The position numbers were made by a program, and so were the translations under genes. A DNA stretch of 64,000 nt from an uncultured bacterium (GTDB taxonomy: Bacteria; Patescibacteriota; Minisyncoccia; Phycocordibacterales; UBA9973): positions 3,769-67,768 of the forward strand of contig CAITSA010000001.1 in NCBI GenBank assembly GCA_903894955.1, given 5' to 3'. The notes under the pieces were generated by a model, which was not told the origin of the DNA, did not search any database, and was given only the letters and a program-made list of their open reading frames with translations. Shown one piece after another: positions 33,793-43,490 of this stretch (positions are counted from its first letter, which is position 1; each line of letters opens with the position of its first letter).

Positions 33793-36198
33793 TTATTTTT
33801 TTTCTTCTTGTATACTTGCACGAATTTTATTTGCAGCTTCATTGGCTCCACGATGTAAGGCATACTCGCCTCCACTAAATATAAAGTTCAAAGCTCTGCT
33901 TCCACTACCCTCTAATTTTTCAGCATACTTTGTTTTTCTCTCTCTATTTACTCCAACGACAGCATTTTCTGCTACCTTTAGAGCAACTTCTGCTGTATGA
34001 GTATCACTCCCTGCATCTCTAATATCTTTTTCTCTGGTAAGCACAAGTTGTCTTGTATTAGTTTTTTCTCCCTGCAATCTAACTTGTTCATCAATAGCAT
34101 TTTTTACTCTAGCGCTTTTCCCTGTTGGGTCTGCGGCCTGTGCCGCCTTCAGTTCTCTTTCAGCATCAGCAAGATCCCTTTCTGCTTGGGTGGCAGCTCT
34201 TTCTAATTGCTTTAGGCTTTGTCCTGCTCCTTCTATAGGATTACCATCCTTGTCGAGAGTCCCCGCAGTCCCTTCGGTTAGTGCTAATATTTGTGGCGCT
34301 GCCGCTATTTTTGCCGCCTGAAGTTTGCCTTCTTTCTCTCTAACAGTTTGCATTTCTTTCTCGTCCTCTCCGACTTCAATTTCTTTTGCCCTTTCCATTC
34401 TCTTCTTTACATCTTGTTCTCTCCTTTCTTTAAATCCTCCCTTTTGTGCTTCACCGACTTTCATACCAGTTGCTGATGCCAAAGTTTTACCCCCAATGCT
34501 TGCCCCGCGAACATCAAAGCTTCCACTTTGCATCTTTTTAAACCCAGACATGGCAGCTTCTCCACCAAAACCACTTGCCTCCCAATTCTTTGCCCATCGA
34601 GAGTTAGCCATAGCAGAGCCTGCCCTTCCAGCAGTTGCGCGACCAACTTTTGCAGCTCCAATTGCTGTTGCCCCCAAAGCAAGTCCGCCTGCTATCTTTG
34701 CGCCTTTAAAAATTGCTTCCCCTAATTCCCCGGATGCTTTTTTAGCAAATTTAGTTGCTTGAAGAAGAAGAATCAAAACCAAAAGTGCTGGTATAACAAG
34801 GAGCACTATAGCTTCTAGTGTTGATTGATCCTTAAAATTGCGAACTGCAAGACTAGCAAATAGATCTGCTTTTACAAGTAAAAATATTAAATATAGAAAA
34901 AACATAAAAATTGGCGCCATAAATGCCACTTTAAGTAAACGTTTAGACCAAGCATCCCATCCTAAATATTCAACACTACTAAAAATTGGAAGGGTTGAAG
35001 ACATAAAAGCAAAAGGAGAAAAGATAATTAAAATCCAAAGTTCAATTAATCTACTTAAAAAACAAAAACCTGCTATAAAGAATGCATATGCAGCAAAAGC
35101 CATTATTAACCCACTTATAAGAATTATTCCAATCATAAAAGGAGCAGGAATAGCATTTGAAGGAATGAATGAATAAGCGAGGTAGGCTGCAGTTGCCACC
35201 CCTGCACCAACAACCCCTCCGAAAACAGCTCCAGTGCCCGCAGTTGCTGCTGTACCAACCATAGTTGGACGTGAGGAAGTTTGTTTTTTAGCTTTGTCAA
35301 AAAATTCCTGGGTTAACATTTCTCCTGGCTTAAAGGCCTTGGCTAATCCACCAGCAAAATCTTTTTCTGTATTTCCAGTTTTTGTTGGGTCTGTAATTGG
35401 TTTATATTCTATATTTGTGGCTGTTGTTCCAGTCCCTATCTGTTGATTAACATTAATTTTATTATAAAAAATTAAAGCTAAAATATTTGATGTATCAATA
35501 ATTACTTCAGTGAAAAACATAGAAAAGTTTATAAGCAAAGCGACAACTATCACCTTGACTATCATTTTTTTAACATCAGCTCCCCCCAGCCCTAAAATAA
35601 CTTTAATAGCTATATAAAGGAGAATAAGGATAAAGAAAATATTAGAAAGATCACGCACAACTGCCCAAGCATTAGGAATGAAACTAGATTTGGTATACAA
35701 GGCACTGCTTAACGTAATAGACAATAATACATCTAAAAATTCTGCAGCTACACTCAACAGTAAACTGGGAACTGTATAGAATACAATATAAGTTATTTTA
35801 ACCAAGCAACCTTCCAAGCTACTACTCCCAATTACACCGCAAGACTGTAGATTGTTTTCAAGTGCACTGTTGCCAGTTGATCCTATGTTATTAGGATCTC
35901 CTGCCTTACCACTACACGCTTTTTGAGCAGCGGCTGTTTGTGCAGCAACATCCTTATTCCCTTTAGCATCCACCATTCCACTATTTATAACAGTTTGATC
36001 TGTTATACACTGTGTGTATTCACTTGCACTTGCTTTTCTCACTGGACTAAAAAGTCCAACGAAGACGATAAGCAGGATTATTCCCAATACTAAAATTTTA
36101 CTCTGCTTGCCCCATAGTGAATGTTGCTCTACTATTGGGGTAGTTTCTGATTTTGAATTTCTGGTAGTAGAATTTTGGTTTATTAAATCTTTTATCAT
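33793..36198 (-). CDS. polytopic membrane protein, VirB6/TrbL-like, with long Ala/Lys/Glu-rich C-terminal tail
   Basis: At least 8 predicted TM helices after a Cys-containing extracytoplasmic segment. Sits in the T4SS-like locus. 801 aa. Confidence 0.5.
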   Translation of the reverse strand: MIKDLINQNSTTRNSKSETTPIVEQHSLWGKQSKILVLGIILLIVFVGLFSPVRKASASEYTQCITDQTVINSGMVDAKGNKDVAAQTAAAQKACSGKAGDPNNIGSTGNSALENNLQSCGVIGSSSLEGCLVKITYIVFYTVPSLLLSVAAEFLDVLLSITLSSALYTKSSFIPNAWAVVRDLSNIFFILILLYIAIKVILGLGGADVKKMIVKVIVVALLINFSMFFTEVIIDTSNILALIFYNKINVNQQIGTGTTATNIEYKPITDPTKTGNTEKDFAGGLAKAFKPGEMLTQEFFDKAKKQTSSRPTMVGTAATAGTGAVFGGVVGAGVATAAYLAYSFIPSNAIPAPFMIGIILISGLIMAFAAYAFFIAGFCFLSRLIELWILIIFSPFAFMSSTLPIFSSVEYLGWDAWSKRLLKVAFMAPIFMFFLYLIFLLVKADLFASLAVRNFKDQSTLEAIVLLVIPALLVLILLLQATKFAKKASGELGEAIFKGAKIAGGLALGATAIGAAKVGRATAGRAGSAMANSRWAKNWEASGFGGEAAMSGFKKMQSGSFDVRGASIGGKTLASATGMKVGEAQKGGFKERREQDVKKRMERAKEIEVGEDEKEMQTVREKEGKLQAAKIAAAPQILALTEGTAGTLDKDGNPIEGAGQSLKQLERAATQAERDLADAERELKAAQAADPTGKSARVKNAIDEQVRLQGEKTNTRQLVLTREKDIRDAGSDTHTAEVALKVAENAVVGVNRERKTKYAEKLEGSGSRALNFIFSGGEYALHRGANEAANKIRASIQEEKK

Positions 36199-36268
36199 TT
36201 TTTTAAATATCTCTTAATCAAAAATTCAGTACGGGACAAGAATATATAGCAAAAACTCTTTTTAAATT

Positions 36269-38875
36269 CTAATTTGCTAACCATACTCCAGTAGCTTTTT
36301 TACATTCCGATTGTAATGTATTGGGTATTGGTAGGGTCGTAGGTAGTGTTGTTTGGTTAGGTAGTTGTATTGTGCAAGTCCCGAGTGGTTCTAATGGTCC
36401 CCAAGTTCCGGAATTTTGAGTACATTGGTATTTGGTTAAATCTGTGTCAATAACTCCATTGATGTACCTACAATTACCTAATGTTTCTGTGTCACCCACA
36501 TGAAGAGGTGTCTCGTTTAGGTTTCCAGGTAAGTCTCCTTTATAATCTGATGCTCTTGCATTAAAAATATTATTGCAATTAATTTCTGGGACCCACGATG
36601 CATCTTCCAAAGGGTTTCCGGGTATAAAACCACCACCAAGAGTAAAGCTGAAAGCAACAGATTTCAAAAGTGATGCAATAGTCACAGTTTTATATTGCAA
36701 TCCATTCTGTCCATTATTTGCTGGATTTACTAATGGTATCTCTGGATAGGTAACATTACTATTCCCAAAGTATGGATGAGAATACCCACCACTACTTGGC
36801 AAACTACAGAATAATGCTTCTTCTGTTTTACCATTATCTACGGTTGGTCCACTAGGGCTAGGGTTTTTCCAGGTAGCACTTGGCCCACCAGGATTACTCC
36901 AACCCTTGGCGGCTCTTTCTGCTGGGCAAGAAAGGGGATTGTTTATATCCAACAAACTAACAAAATTGTTATACATGTCTTTTACTTCAGATAATTTATT
37001 TCGTGTATTTTCTATGGTATTTGTATTAGACAAGTCAGTGCTTGCTCCTTGATATTGTTTCCAGATTGATACTAGAGTTTGTTCTTCCGCTGAACCTGTG
37101 TCTGGTTGGGTATTTGTAGGAAATTTAAGATCCAAATTTGTTTTAATTGCTTGCAGTCTTGCTAGAGCAGTATTTTTGGCCATTCTATCACTATTTAGTT
37201 GGTCCATTCCTTGAGACAATTTTGTAATACTGTTTACTGCATCTATATATGCTAATGAACTTGGAAGTTCAGGCATCATTTTATTATCTATCCAAGCCTT
37301 GAAAAATTTCATAGCGGAAGTTAATTCTTTTATAATTGAATCTACTTCGTCTTGGTTGGTACCACCAGTAACAATACTCAAAAAACCACTTGCTTTTGTT
37401 TGAACATCTGCTCGTGCCTTGGTAACTTCTGCGTCAACTCTGTCTTTTAGTCCTATAACATCTGGACCGGGAATACATTCATCAAGTTTCTGTGCCTCGG
37501 GCCAAACTTTACTATAGTATTGATATATGCCAGGATTTACAGGATCCTCGTTATACATTAATCTGATTTCTGTGTTTAAACTGTTTATCCCTTGGTTTAC
37601 TGTGTTCTTAAAGTCACTTAAGACAATTGGTTGGTCTGGACCCCCATTCCAATTATCAGTTGAGTTGGTGCCTGTGCCTGCGTCCAATGGGCTACCAACA
37701 GTTTGGCCATTATAACTCCAATCATCTGTTACGGGGGCAGGATTTATTGTGCTTGAGAGCGCACTTAAGCCTTTATCTAAGTAGTGACTTATCAGAGCAT
37801 CAAAGACAGCAGACAAACTATTGCCTACTGCTCCATCAAGGGCTGTTGTTAAGAACGGTGAATTTATAGCAGTCATTATAGAATTAGCAGCAACTGAACC
37901 CGGAGTAGTGTTTTCAAAGCCACTTGTCCCATCTTTTTTTGGTGGACAAGTATTTGCGTCTGTCCAGGTTTTTTTTGTTGCATCATAGTCGGCATTCCAT
38001 TTTGCTAGGTTGGCGCTGTCTTTCGTTGCATCACCTGTTAATGCTGGTTGGGGTTCTTTTTGGTAAAATGCAGCATCATCAAAACTTGGTTGTGTAAATT
38101 CATTTGTACCATTATTAAATTTCGGATTGGTTGCACATTTTTGTGGAGATAAAAAGCCCGCTCCTTGCGCAAGGAGACCTTTGACTCCTTCGGCAGCGGA
38201 TTGTTGAGTGCCTCTAACATCATTGGCAAGTTGTTGAGTTGCTATCATTTGAAATCCTAATACATTATTTTGTGGATATTGAGTGTTAGTTAGAAATCCA
38301 TTCCACCCTCCATAACTAAAGTCATTTCTATAACTGTTAAGTTGTGCTGAATTCATAACATTACTTAAAGTATATGTGGCATTATTTTCTTGGGTAGTTT
38401 TATAAAGATTGATTGCATCTAGCGCGAATTGCTTGCCAAAAGGATAGAGTAGGTTGTTATAGCCATAGGTATTTACTATGTTTTTTAATTGAGATTTAGC
38501 TATATCACCAAAGAAAGACTGAGGATTTGTTAAGAAAAGTGGGGATCCATGAAAATCAGAATTTATCCAGTTTATAGTAGACTTGGTCATTTCTGCCAAA
38601 ACTTTTTTTGCCACTGCTTTAGCTAATTCTTGAAGTATTTTTTGGGCTTGATCTTGATATTTTAGTGCGAGATCTTTTAAACTTGTAGCTAATAATTCCA
38701 GCGAACTTGCTGCGATTGAGGAAGTTGAAAAATCTCCTATTGGGTTAGTTCCAACATCTCCTGCCCCCCAAACAGCGTATCCTGTTTTTGGGAAAGACAA
38801 CAAAACAGAGGGTAATAATATCAAAATAATTAAAAGACCAGAGATGAATTTTTTTGTTTTATTACTGACTGTCAT
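36269..38875 (-). CDS. large secreted protein, unknown function
   Basis: 868 aa; N-terminal signal/anchor (LLIILILLPSVLLSFPKTGYA); Asn/Thr/Gly-rich. Confidence 0.7.
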   Translation of the reverse strand: MTVSNKTKKFISGLLIILILLPSVLLSFPKTGYAVWGAGDVGTNPIGDFSTSSIAASSLELLATSLKDLALKYQDQAQKILQELAKAVAKKVLAEMTKSTINWINSDFHGSPLFLTNPQSFFGDIAKSQLKNIVNTYGYNNLLYPFGKQFALDAINLYKTTQENNATYTLSNVMNSAQLNSYRNDFSYGGWNGFLTNTQYPQNNVLGFQMIATQQLANDVRGTQQSAAEGVKGLLAQGAGFLSPQKCATNPKFNNGTNEFTQPSFDDAAFYQKEPQPALTGDATKDSANLAKWNADYDATKKTWTDANTCPPKKDGTSGFENTTPGSVAANSIMTAINSPFLTTALDGAVGNSLSAVFDALISHYLDKGLSALSSTINPAPVTDDWSYNGQTVGSPLDAGTGTNSTDNWNGGPDQPIVLSDFKNTVNQGINSLNTEIRLMYNEDPVNPGIYQYYSKVWPEAQKLDECIPGPDVIGLKDRVDAEVTKARADVQTKASGFLSIVTGGTNQDEVDSIIKELTSAMKFFKAWIDNKMMPELPSSLAYIDAVNSITKLSQGMDQLNSDRMAKNTALARLQAIKTNLDLKFPTNTQPDTGSAEEQTLVSIWKQYQGASTDLSNTNTIENTRNKLSEVKDMYNNFVSLLDINNPLSCPAERAAKGWSNPGGPSATWKNPSPSGPTVDNGKTEEALFCSLPSSGGYSHPYFGNSNVTYPEIPLVNPANNGQNGLQYKTVTIASLLKSVAFSFTLGGGFIPGNPLEDASWVPEINCNNIFNARASDYKGDLPGNLNETPLHVGDTETLGNCRYINGVIDTDLTKYQCTQNSGTWGPLEPLGTCTIQLPNQTTLPTTLPIPNTLQSECKKATGVWLAN

Positions 38876-38941
38876 TTTGTTTGTATTATATCTTTTATTT
38901 ACCCAGGAGTGAAGCTTTTTGCTTCTACTCTACTATTGGAT

Positions 38942-39838
38942 TTAATTTTTCAATAATAATTTGGGGATAATTGCATTTTGAAGTTTTGTAACAGCTGATT
39001 CTAATGAGGTAATATTTTTGTCCAATTGATTAATGGCTCCCATGGCCACGATGGGGTCAGTGTCAAAAAGCTTTATATCATTCAGATTCTCCAGCACCCT
39101 TTCTAGTCCATTTAAACAATCAAGATGTAGCTGAGTTAGAGATTGGGGTACATTTAGTTTTAATCCCTCTTCTATTCCACTTTGCATGGGGTTAATTACT
39201 AAGTCTAGTTTTGCTAAGGCTGAAAGATCTACATTATTTTCATCCGCCACGGCCTTTTGCAGGACAGACATCAAATCTTCCTTCATTGGATATTTATTTT
39301 GAATTTTATTCATTGCATTTAAATAACTTATGATAGTTGAGGTACTGTCATCGTTGATTATTTTGAGATCAGAGGTTGTAAAGACTTTTCGAACAACAGG
39401 AGTCCCAATTTTTTCAGCCAAAGAAGCTCCTAATGCGTCTACTGTAGTTTGATCCATTGTTCCAGTTTGGCTTTCGGCAGCTACAGTGGCGAAAAGCTCT
39501 CTAGAAAATTGTTCGGTTTTAGTTAGTTTTTCTGGTTCTGTGGAAGTAATATCTCCATTTATTTTTCCTGTATTTCCCTCTTCCCCAGCTTGTAATTTAC
39601 TGATGACTGTGCTGTTTGGTATTCCAGGAGTTGTTTCTTTTTTAGTTGGATCAAGTCCATACAAGGATTCCTCCCAATCTGGTATTCCATTACCATTGGA
39701 ATCTTTGTTTACTGAGTCTTCTATGGTTGCGTTGTCAAAAGCCATTAATCCATTGTTTTGGTTGCTTTGAACGAATTTGAGAGTATTTTTAAAGATAGAT
39801 GTATCTCTTATTAAAAAAAGGGTAACAAGAAAAAGCAC
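38942..39838 (-). CDS. membrane-anchored protein with Ca-binding-like DSNGNGIPDWEE motif
   Basis: N-terminal hydrophobic anchor. The D-x-N-x-N-G-x-x-D-x-x-E motif resembles thrombospondin type 3 repeats. Confidence 0.6.
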   Translation of the reverse strand: MLFLVTLFLIRDTSIFKNTLKFVQSNQNNGLMAFDNATIEDSVNKDSNGNGIPDWEESLYGLDPTKKETTPGIPNSTVISKLQAGEEGNTGKINGDITSTEPEKLTKTEQFSRELFATVAAESQTGTMDQTTVDALGASLAEKIGTPVVRKVFTTSDLKIINDDSTSTIISYLNAMNKIQNKYPMKEDLMSVLQKAVADENNVDLSALAKLDLVINPMQSGIEEGLKLNVPQSLTQLHLDCLNGLERVLENLNDIKLFDTDPIVAMGAINQLDKNITSLESAVTKLQNAIIPKLLLKN

Positions 39839-39924
39839 TGCAAAGGCAATTAAAATTATCCTTTTATGTTTTTCCCAAATATTTTTAATTATGAGTTAAT
39901 TATAACATCTCTTTTAAAAAGAAA

Positions 39925-40728
39925 CTAGCTTTTAGAGAGGGCAATCCAGCCAGAAAGAGTTAAATCTTCTGCTCTTTTGTTTTTTAAGGTCTCTGAAGTA
40001 GAAATTCCTCTATTTTTTAGATTTGAGGAGAGCTTTTTTCTTTTATGAGCAAAGCCAGCTTTGACTATTCCCCAAAATCTTTCCTCATCAATGTTGTTTT
40101 CCTTAAAAGTCTTTCGAGAAATATTTTTTATGGCAATAATAGCTGAATCAACCTTGGGGCTGGGTGAAAAATATCTTTTATCAACTTTTGCAATAATTTT
40201 TGGCTCCCCGTAAGCTTTGACTGAAATAGACAGAATACTTTCTTTATTATCACGAGCCACTATTCTTTTTGCTACTTCGTGTTGCACCATTAGAATCATC
40301 CTTTCTGGTTGTGCTTCTATTGTTAAAAATTTTTTTAAAATTGCACCAGTAATATTATAAGGAATATTGGCGATGATTTTATAGTGAACCCCTCTAGCCT
40401 TCCTTGTCATGGGAATATTTTCTCCCCCTGCTAAGGGGGAGATTAAGAGGGGGTCGAATTTTAAAATATCATCATTTATTAAAATTAATTTTTTTTCTAA
40501 AATTTCTTTTTCAAATTTTGTTTTTAAAAATTCAAAAAGTTCACGGTCTTTTTCTACTGCGATGACGAGATTGGATTGCTCTAAAAGTTTTTCTGTGAGT
40601 GCTCCTTTTCCTGGTCCAATTTCTAAAATTACATCATCTTTTTTTATTTCCCCAACTTCCGCAATTTTCTTTAAAGCAATTTCTGACTTTAAAAAATTTT
40701 GCCCCAGTGATTTTTTAGCTCTGTGCAT
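39925..40728 (-). CDS. rsmA: 16S rRNA (adenine1518/1519-N6)-dimethyltransferase
   Basis: Start moved to ATG 40728 (MHRAKKSLGQNFL). EIGPGKGALT SAM motif; ANIPYNITG. Confidence 0.85.
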   Translation of the reverse strand: MHRAKKSLGQNFLKSEIALKKIAEVGEIKKDDVILEIGPGKGALTEKLLEQSNLVIAVEKDRELFEFLKTKFEKEILEKKLILINDDILKFDPLLISPLAGGENIPMTRKARGVHYKIIANIPYNITGAILKKFLTIEAQPERMILMVQHEVAKRIVARDNKESILSISVKAYGEPKIIAKVDKRYFSPSPKVDSAIIAIKNISRKTFKENNIDEERFWGIVKAGFAHKRKKLSSNLKNRGISTSETLKNKRAEDLTLSGWIALSKS

Positions 40729-40736
40729 AAATATAA

Positions 40737-42335
40737 TTATTGGAATGCAATAGTGCCTATAATTAAAATAAGATAGATCATATAAACCACAAACGCTTTC
40801 CATTCTTTATAATTTTCTTCATTAATGAAATACCAAGAAAGGATGGAAGCTATGATAGATGGAACAAAAAGGAATGGAATGTGAAAATACCATGGAATTA
40901 AAAGAAAGAAAAAACAAATAATTCCAGCAATTAATTTTTTAGATTTTTTTAATCCCAATAAAGTAGGAATGGTTTTTATACGAGCGACACGATCTCCTTC
41001 AAAATCTTTAATATCACGAATATTAGAAACTGCAATATGGAAAATAACAATAGCTACAGCCAGACCAAACGGGAAAGCAGTGATAGCTTTATTAGGACTT
41101 ACTAAGAAAAATCCTCCTAAAACAGCTGATAAACAAGCAAGTCCAACTAGGCTGGAATTTAAGATGACGAATCTTTTTAGTCTTAAGGGCGGATTGGAAT
41201 AAATAAAATAAATAGAAAGTCCTAGGCAGGTAAAAAATAATATATAAAGGCTAGATGCATAAGCTGATAATAATGCAAAGATTAGAAATATTTTTGAAGC
41301 TATCTCTAGGTCATTTTTTGATAAATCTTTTGTAATTAATGGACGATTTTTATTTGATACAGTATCAATTACTTCATCTTGTATATCATTTTGACAAATA
41401 CTAAACATTCCAGCACAAATAAGTGTTATGGTCGCTAATATATAACTCTGAATATCAATCCAGTTTGTTGACCAGGTGCCATGAGCCAAAACCACGCCAA
41501 ATATGGATAAAAGAAAAAAATAAAATAGTCTTTCCAATCGGCTGTTTTTTAGTAAAGCTATTAATTTTTTTCTAGCACCAAGAAAGAAAAAAGAAAGGGT
41601 AGCTAATATAGCTATGATGGTGTTAAAACCAATCATTGTTTTATTAAAAGCGAATTCAATTAGTCCTTGGTTGGTTGCTGTGAAATTTGGATCAAGATTA
41701 TTTTGAATTATGTGTGATGAAATGATTGATTGTACGACTGAAAAAGCTGGTCCATTTTGGTTTGGTAAGAATAAAGCTATTAATGAAGGAATTGAGCCAA
41801 GGAAAAGTACAAAAACATAAAAAGCAAAAGTTGCTCCCAGAGCCCGAAGAAAATTTTTTGTAACTTTGTACACGTAAACACAACAAAAAATACCTCCAAT
41901 GATTCCTTCAATTTTCATTCCAAGAGTTACCCCAGAGTTTATCTTTCCGCTAAAAAAATATGTCCCAAACTGAAGCAGTAAGTCTTTTCCAGTTACGAAA
42001 AGATAATTTATTGGGTGTCCACCCACTCCGCCAAAAATTAAATCAATAATTGGAGGAATCCAAATTACGAAAAATCCTAAAAGACAAATTACTGACACTT
42101 CTTTTAGACTTGTTTTGGCAAAAAACATTAAAATAACCATTAAGCCAACAATAGTAGTAAGAAAAAATATATTAAAATGAATGATACTGGATAGATTAAT
42201 CAGAATAAATTCTCCTGGTTTAAAATTTGAAAACTGCTCTAATAGAGCTCTGATCAATACAATCCCAACAAAAGAAGCAATCCAAGAATTAAAAGTTATC
42301 GGGACAGAATTTGCATACAAGCGCAATTTTTCCAT
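40737..42335 (-). CDS. UbiA-family prenyltransferase with ~300-aa N-terminal polytopic extension
   Basis: NDIQDEVIDTVSNKNRPL and DIKDFEGD Asp-rich motifs in the C-terminal half. 532 aa, hydrophobic throughout. Confidence 0.65.
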   Translation of the reverse strand: MEKLRLYANSVPITFNSWIASFVGIVLIRALLEQFSNFKPGEFILINLSSIIHFNIFFLTTIVGLMVILMFFAKTSLKEVSVICLLGFFVIWIPPIIDLIFGGVGGHPINYLFVTGKDLLLQFGTYFFSGKINSGVTLGMKIEGIIGGIFCCVYVYKVTKNFLRALGATFAFYVFVLFLGSIPSLIALFLPNQNGPAFSVVQSIISSHIIQNNLDPNFTATNQGLIEFAFNKTMIGFNTIIAILATLSFFFLGARKKLIALLKNSRLERLFYFFLLSIFGVVLAHGTWSTNWIDIQSYILATITLICAGMFSICQNDIQDEVIDTVSNKNRPLITKDLSKNDLEIASKIFLIFALLSAYASSLYILFFTCLGLSIYFIYSNPPLRLKRFVILNSSLVGLACLSAVLGGFFLVSPNKAITAFPFGLAVAIVIFHIAVSNIRDIKDFEGDRVARIKTIPTLLGLKKSKKLIAGIICFFFLLIPWYFHIPFLFVPSIIASILSWYFINEENYKEWKAFVVYMIYLILIIGTIAFQ

Positions 42336-42364
42336 AGAAAAACTATATCATAGACTAGGGATAT

Positions 42365-43441
42365 TTACACTTTTCGATCAATAATGTAATTTACAATTCC
42401 AGTAAAAAATTCTTTAGCCTCTTTGTTTTTAAAATTAATTTTTGTCAGAGCAATTAGAGCTTCTTCAGCAAAACTTTTTGCTAGTTTTTCAGAATATTCC
42501 AAAGAGCCAGTTTCTCTAATAACCTTTCTGAATTCTTCAATTTCTTTTTTTGAAATATTTTTATTATTTAAACATTTTTTGATGAACCTTTTTTGTTTCC
42601 CGTTTCCTTTTTCTAGGGCTTTCAAAACTAAAAGTGTTTTTTTGCCTTCAGTAATATCAGATCCGACGGTCTTGCCAATTTCTTTTTCATTTCCAAAAAT
42701 CCCTAAAATATCATCTTTTATTTGGAAAGCTTTTCCTAAAGGTAGGGCAAATTTATAAAATAAATCTAAATATGATTTATCAGCTTCAGCTAAAATACAT
42801 CCCAAATTAATTGGTCCTTCAAAAGTATAAAAAGCTGTCTTCATCTCGTACATTTTGAGGATTTGTTTTTCTGTTGTTTTGTCTTGATAACTCATTGTAA
42901 TATCAAGTATTTCTCCAGAACAAGTCGAGAATATAATGTTTTCAAGTTTTTTAAGAAATTTTAATTTAACATCATCTTTGAAGTTCGTATTAAAAATAAT
43001 ATCACGCGCCATAGAGCTAGCCATATCGCCAGAGATTATGGCCATAGAATTTCCGAAATGAGTTTTATCTTTTTTATGATTATATTTATTGGCATTTTTT
43101 TTATATTCCTCATGGATTGTATCTCTACCATGTCGGACAGGATCTTTGTCTATAATATCGTCATGAATTAAAGCAAAAGAATGAAGAAGTTCGCTTCCCA
43201 TTGAAATTTTAAAAATTTCTCTATAGTTTTTACCGCCTGTGGCTAGATAGCTGTAATATAAAAAAGCTGGCCTGATTCTTTTTCCTCCAGCCAGAGTGTA
43301 GTCTCTAATCATTTCTATCGCTTCTTTAGTGGTTGAGTCAATTTTGCCAGCTTGATGAATTTTTTCTTCAAAATAGTTTTGCAGAGAAGGATCGAATCTT
43401 GTTTTGAAATTTTTCAGAAGTTGAATGGCTTTTATGCTCAT
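42365..43441 (-). CDS. trans-polyprenyl diphosphate synthase
   Basis: LIHDDIIDKD (first DDxxD) and FQIKDDILG (second Asp-rich motif). Confidence 0.8.
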   Translation of the reverse strand: MSIKAIQLLKNFKTRFDPSLQNYFEEKIHQAGKIDSTTKEAIEMIRDYTLAGGKRIRPAFLYYSYLATGGKNYREIFKISMGSELLHSFALIHDDIIDKDPVRHGRDTIHEEYKKNANKYNHKKDKTHFGNSMAIISGDMASSMARDIIFNTNFKDDVKLKFLKKLENIIFSTCSGEILDITMSYQDKTTEKQILKMYEMKTAFYTFEGPINLGCILAEADKSYLDLFYKFALPLGKAFQIKDDILGIFGNEKEIGKTVGSDITEGKKTLLVLKALEKGNGKQKRFIKKCLNNKNISKKEIEEFRKVIRETGSLEYSEKLAKSFAEEALIALTKINFKNKEAKEFFTGIVNYIIDRKV

Positions 43442-43490
43442 ATAAAGATAAGTTTAACTTATTTATAATATAAAGCCAAACTTTAATACT

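Noticed and set aside
33997-35446. A cluster of plus-strand ORFs (61-145 aa) antisense to the VirB6-like gene.
   Set aside because: They overlap a long, coherent minus-strand ORF in its Ala/Gly-rich, GC-richer part. Such antisense frames are expected to be open by composition, and they have no start context or motifs.
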